Position numbers and translations under genes: made by a program. Shown here in pieces: positions 60,960-64,000 of a stretch of 64,000 bases of DNA. Position 1 is the stretch's first letter. Every line of letters begins with the position of its first letter. The notes beneath the pieces are model-generated. The model was not told where the DNA came from. It saw nothing but the letters and a program-made list of their open reading frames with translations, and searched no databases. The DNA lies in assembly GCA_019058445.1 (NCBI GenBank), contig JAHPZA010000001.1:96001-160000 (forward strand), in the 5' to 3' direction. This stretch comes from Promethearchaeota archaeon. Lineage in GTDB: Archaea > Asgardarchaeota > Lokiarchaeia > Sigyniarchaeales > SOKP01.

Positions 60960-63164
60960 CTAATTTTTAATATAGATTTGTCCTATTCCTGATGTAAAGA
61001 TTTCATAGAATGGAACTGTTAAATCATAAATATTATTATTTTCATTATTAAATTCTATAGATTTTACTTTAGTGAAAGTATTTTTAGCAAATTTCATCCA
61101 TAACTTCTCAACAACAGGAGTATTATATTTCTTTTTTATAAGAAAACTCAATGTATCTAATAATTTTCCTTCAGATATATTCATTGTACTATTCTTTTGA
61201 GCACATCTCGCTGCGATATATGGAATTTTTCCTTTTTCAGATAACATTCTAAGAGATATAGCATAATTCTCTTTTAATTCTACATTCATTTTTTTCATCC
61301 ATGGATTTAAATCGATGACTGGTTCTATATCCCTCCCAAAATGTCCAATTTCTGGAATAGATGGAATAAACTTCCTTAATATAGATAGATTTCTTTTTCC
61401 TTTTATTTCTAAATGATAAGCATTATACCAACTAGGATGTTCTACATTATCAAATTCTCGTTTCCTAATATAAGATGAAATCCCTAAGCGTTTTAATAAA
61501 AAACTCAAACCAAAAACTAATTTGCGTGAAGATGTGTAAAAACTCACTAAAACATCTCTTCGTGGTGAGCCTTCACGTGTATATACTACTTCAGATCCGT
61601 CTCCTTCTAAATAAGCAGCGATAAAACCTTTCACACATTCAATGGGAGCATTATATAGAAATGAAGGAATTTCCTTAAACGGTGCTTTTTCAAGTTTTAA
61701 TCCTAATCCCGTTGAAAACATAGATTTAATTAGAATGGAATTACTATTGACGCTATATACAGTGTTATAATCCGCTTTATCATGTGTAGCAATATAAGGT
61801 GTATATCCAAAATTCCTTTCTATAAGAAATGCTACTTTTTCCATCTCAGTTTTATTATTTCCACAAGTGAACGTAATATGTTTCATAGAACCTTCGGAGC
61901 AGTAATGCCCTAAGATATATCCAACCTCGAAATTTTTCTCAACAAATCTAAAGGCTTTTGTTAATGCATTTTTAACATACTCAATGCCTTTCTCCACAAT
62001 AATTTCTCCACAATTACTAAAGTCTAAGGGGGAATCGTCTTCATTAACATCGATGACTCGAGGCATTAGAATTGGAGTTCCTTCTTTAACGTTTTCTGCT
62101 GTAATTTGGATTATATTAAGATTTTCATCAACAGAAAGTAGCTTATGTTGTTTTGATAACGATAATATCCCATGCTTCAATGTTAAATTTAATGAAAAAT
62201 CTCTATACTTTTTTTTAATTCCTTCAATGGGGATTTTTTTTAATTCAAAATTCTCGTCCAATCCAAAGATATAAGAGTTTTTATAATTTTCTATTTCTTT
62301 AATTTCTATTAGATTATATGAATTTGTATTTAAATCGAACAATAGAACGAGCTCGTTTTGCTGCATTTTAGAAAAAAGATTCTCTTCAATGGGGGTTCGT
62401 TCCTTCTCATACACATCATTAATTCGCTGAAGTTTATCTTCTTGGATAATTTCTTCATCAAAGAATACTTGATTATTTATTTCTTTTTCTTTAATATTCA
62501 CACTCGTTTCTAATCCAAAAAATTGGATTAAATCTTTTCGAATTACTTTTTCGAGGTTAAATAATCCCTCCTCAGTATCAATTTGACTCATTATTTTAAA
62601 TATTATTTCTATTATCCAACACAAGTAGACAAAAAAAGCCTTGCGGTATTTCTTGTTTTTTTTAATTTTCCTTTGGTATATTTTTAGTTCTGAGAGGAAT
62701 CCACTGTAGTTAGCATTTTCGAGATATTTCAAAATATTTAATATTGGTTTTTTAGTTATAATTGGAGTCAAATGAGCTTCAATTCTTTTAATTAGTTCAA
62801 TGGTTAGTTCCATTTGTGAAATCGGCGTGTTTACTTCTCTCTCAAATTTTTTTAATTTAACATAACTCATTCGAGCAATAAATAGAAGATAAGTATCCTT
62901 AAATCGTTGTGAAAATTCTGGATCGTAAATAATAAGCTCTAAGGCACTATTCAACTTATCATTATTATTTTTTTTATAAATTAATTGAACTTTATCAATA
63001 GTTTCAATCGAATAATTCTTAAAGTCAATTTTTTTGCCACATTCTGAGCAGAATATGAATTTTAAATCAATATTAGCAATATTTAAAATTGTATTCACTG
63101 TAATTAACATGCCACATTCTGGACAGTAAATATGTGTTTGTTTAAGTTTGTCTTTGCTTTTCAT
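60960..63164 (-). CDS. Zn-ribbon/helical N-domain fused to terminal intein-derived Hint + LAGLIDADG endonuclease
   Basis: CPEC..CSEC; block B SKQH, block C LGHYCSEGS, block E FIAAYLEGDG, block H, block F IYDLTV, ends IYIKN-stop. Confidence 0.85.
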   Translation of the reverse strand: MKSKDKLKQTHIYCPECGMLITVNTILNIANIDLKFIFCSECGKKIDFKNYSIETIDKVQLIYKKNNNDKLNSALELIIYDPEFSQRFKDTYLLFIARMSYVKLKKFEREVNTPISQMELTIELIKRIEAHLTPIITKKPILNILKYLENANYSGFLSELKIYQRKIKKNKKYRKAFFVYLCWIIEIIFKIMSQIDTEEGLFNLEKVIRKDLIQFFGLETSVNIKEKEINNQVFFDEEIIQEDKLQRINDVYEKERTPIEENLFSKMQQNELVLLFDLNTNSYNLIEIKEIENYKNSYIFGLDENFELKKIPIEGIKKKYRDFSLNLTLKHGILSLSKQHKLLSVDENLNIIQITAENVKEGTPILMPRVIDVNEDDSPLDFSNCGEIIVEKGIEYVKNALTKAFRFVEKNFEVGYILGHYCSEGSMKHITFTCGNNKTEMEKVAFLIERNFGYTPYIATHDKADYNTVYSVNSNSILIKSMFSTGLGLKLEKAPFKEIPSFLYNAPIECVKGFIAAYLEGDGSEVVYTREGSPRRDVLVSFYTSSRKLVFGLSFLLKRLGISSYIRKREFDNVEHPSWYNAYHLEIKGKRNLSILRKFIPSIPEIGHFGRDIEPVIDLNPWMKKMNVELKENYAISLRMLSEKGKIPYIAARCAQKNSTMNISEGKLLDTLSFLIKKKYNTPVVEKLWMKFAKNTFTKVKSIEFNNENNNIYDLTVPFYEIFTSGIGQIYIKN

Positions 63165-63339
63165 ACTAATGAAATAAATTACTTATATTTAAAACAAAAA
63201 AAAGTTTTAAAATTGATTTCAATATGAGATAAAGCACGTTGGTATTAATAAAAAATTCAGAGAGTCATCAAATTTTTAGAGTTATATTTGCTCCCTAATA
63301 TAAAGATTTAATTGAATCTGTAACACTTTTGATGATATA

Positions 63340-64000
63340 ATGCGAATTGGCGGAATAATTGATATTTCTACAAAAGATATTCCAAATAAAGCATGCATGG
63401 TTATCTTTACTAATGGGTGTAATTTTAATTGCGAATTTTGTCATAACAAACATTTATTACAAAATAATCGCGGTAAAATTATAAAAGTAGAAGAGTTAAT
63501 GAAACTAATAAATAATAACCTACTAGTTAATAGTTTAAGTATCACAGGGGGCGAACCGACGCTTCAGGAGGATTTAGTAGAGTTATGTAGAGAAATCACT
63601 AAGTTAGGGAAATATCTAAGTATAGATACTAACGGTTCTAGACCTGAAATCATTCAAAAAGTTATTCCATATATTAATAGAATTGCTTTAGATATAAAAG
63701 CACCGTTAAAGCAACATCAATTAGAGAGAGTTGCTAGAAAAAGTATAGACCCTACGTTAATTACTCAGACATTTCTTATGCTAAATACCAGTAAGACTAT
63801 TGATTTTGAAATTAGGACCACTTATGCTGAAAACTTATTGACACCAGGGGATATTCATGAGATAATTTTCTTTCTTAAGGAGCATAATTTTAGAGGCAAT
63901 TATGTCTTACAACAATATAACTATTCTGAGGGGGTGGGTAAAGAGTTTAGAAATAAGTTTCATAAGCCGTCGCATCTTTCTTTAGTCAATATTCTTGGTT
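63340..64000 (+). CDS. nrdG: anaerobic RNR activating protein (partial, runs off window)
   Basis: MRIGGIIDISTKD..FTNGCNFNCEFCHN, ITGGEPT, DTNG, DIKAP, EIRTT. Confidence 0.9.
   Translation, partial: MRIGGIIDISTKDIPNKACMVIFTNGCNFNCEFCHNKHLLQNNRGKIIKVEELMKLINNNLLVNSLSITGGEPTLQEDLVELCREITKLGKYLSIDTNGSRPEIIQKVIPYINRIALDIKAPLKQHQLERVARKSIDPTLITQTFLMLNTSKTIDFEIRTTYAENLLTPGDIHEIIFFLKEHNFRGNYVLQQYNYSEGVGKEFRNKFHKPSHLSLVNILG

Overview
A low-GC archaeal chromosomal window, most consistent with an Asgard (Lokiarchaeia-like) genome. That assignment rests on a roadblock-Rab GTPase fusion, a longin protein, Elf1, PolD, Cdc6, an unsplit RpoB, TFE, PAN, NAC and RtcB/archease. From 1 to ~49 kb it is mostly core genes. 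This part also holds an uncharacterised AAA+-ATPase operon (1-7229), candidate actin/membrane regulators (a polyproline + WH2-like protein, a BAR-like helical protein and an unannotated 49-aa WH2-like microprotein) and three tRNAs with non-canonical introns. At 49.2-60.5 kb an integrase-less defence-type island (HNH-STAND, Shedu, ABC-ATPase-Schlafen, HD protein, rSAM/SPASM) sits between the intact class III ribonucleotide reductase gene nrdD and a decayed, diverged second copy of its 3' end. Next comes a free-standing, non-splicing intein-derived LAGLIDADG protein, then the nrdG activase, which is cut by the window end. All calls come from motif recognition by eye; no searches were run.
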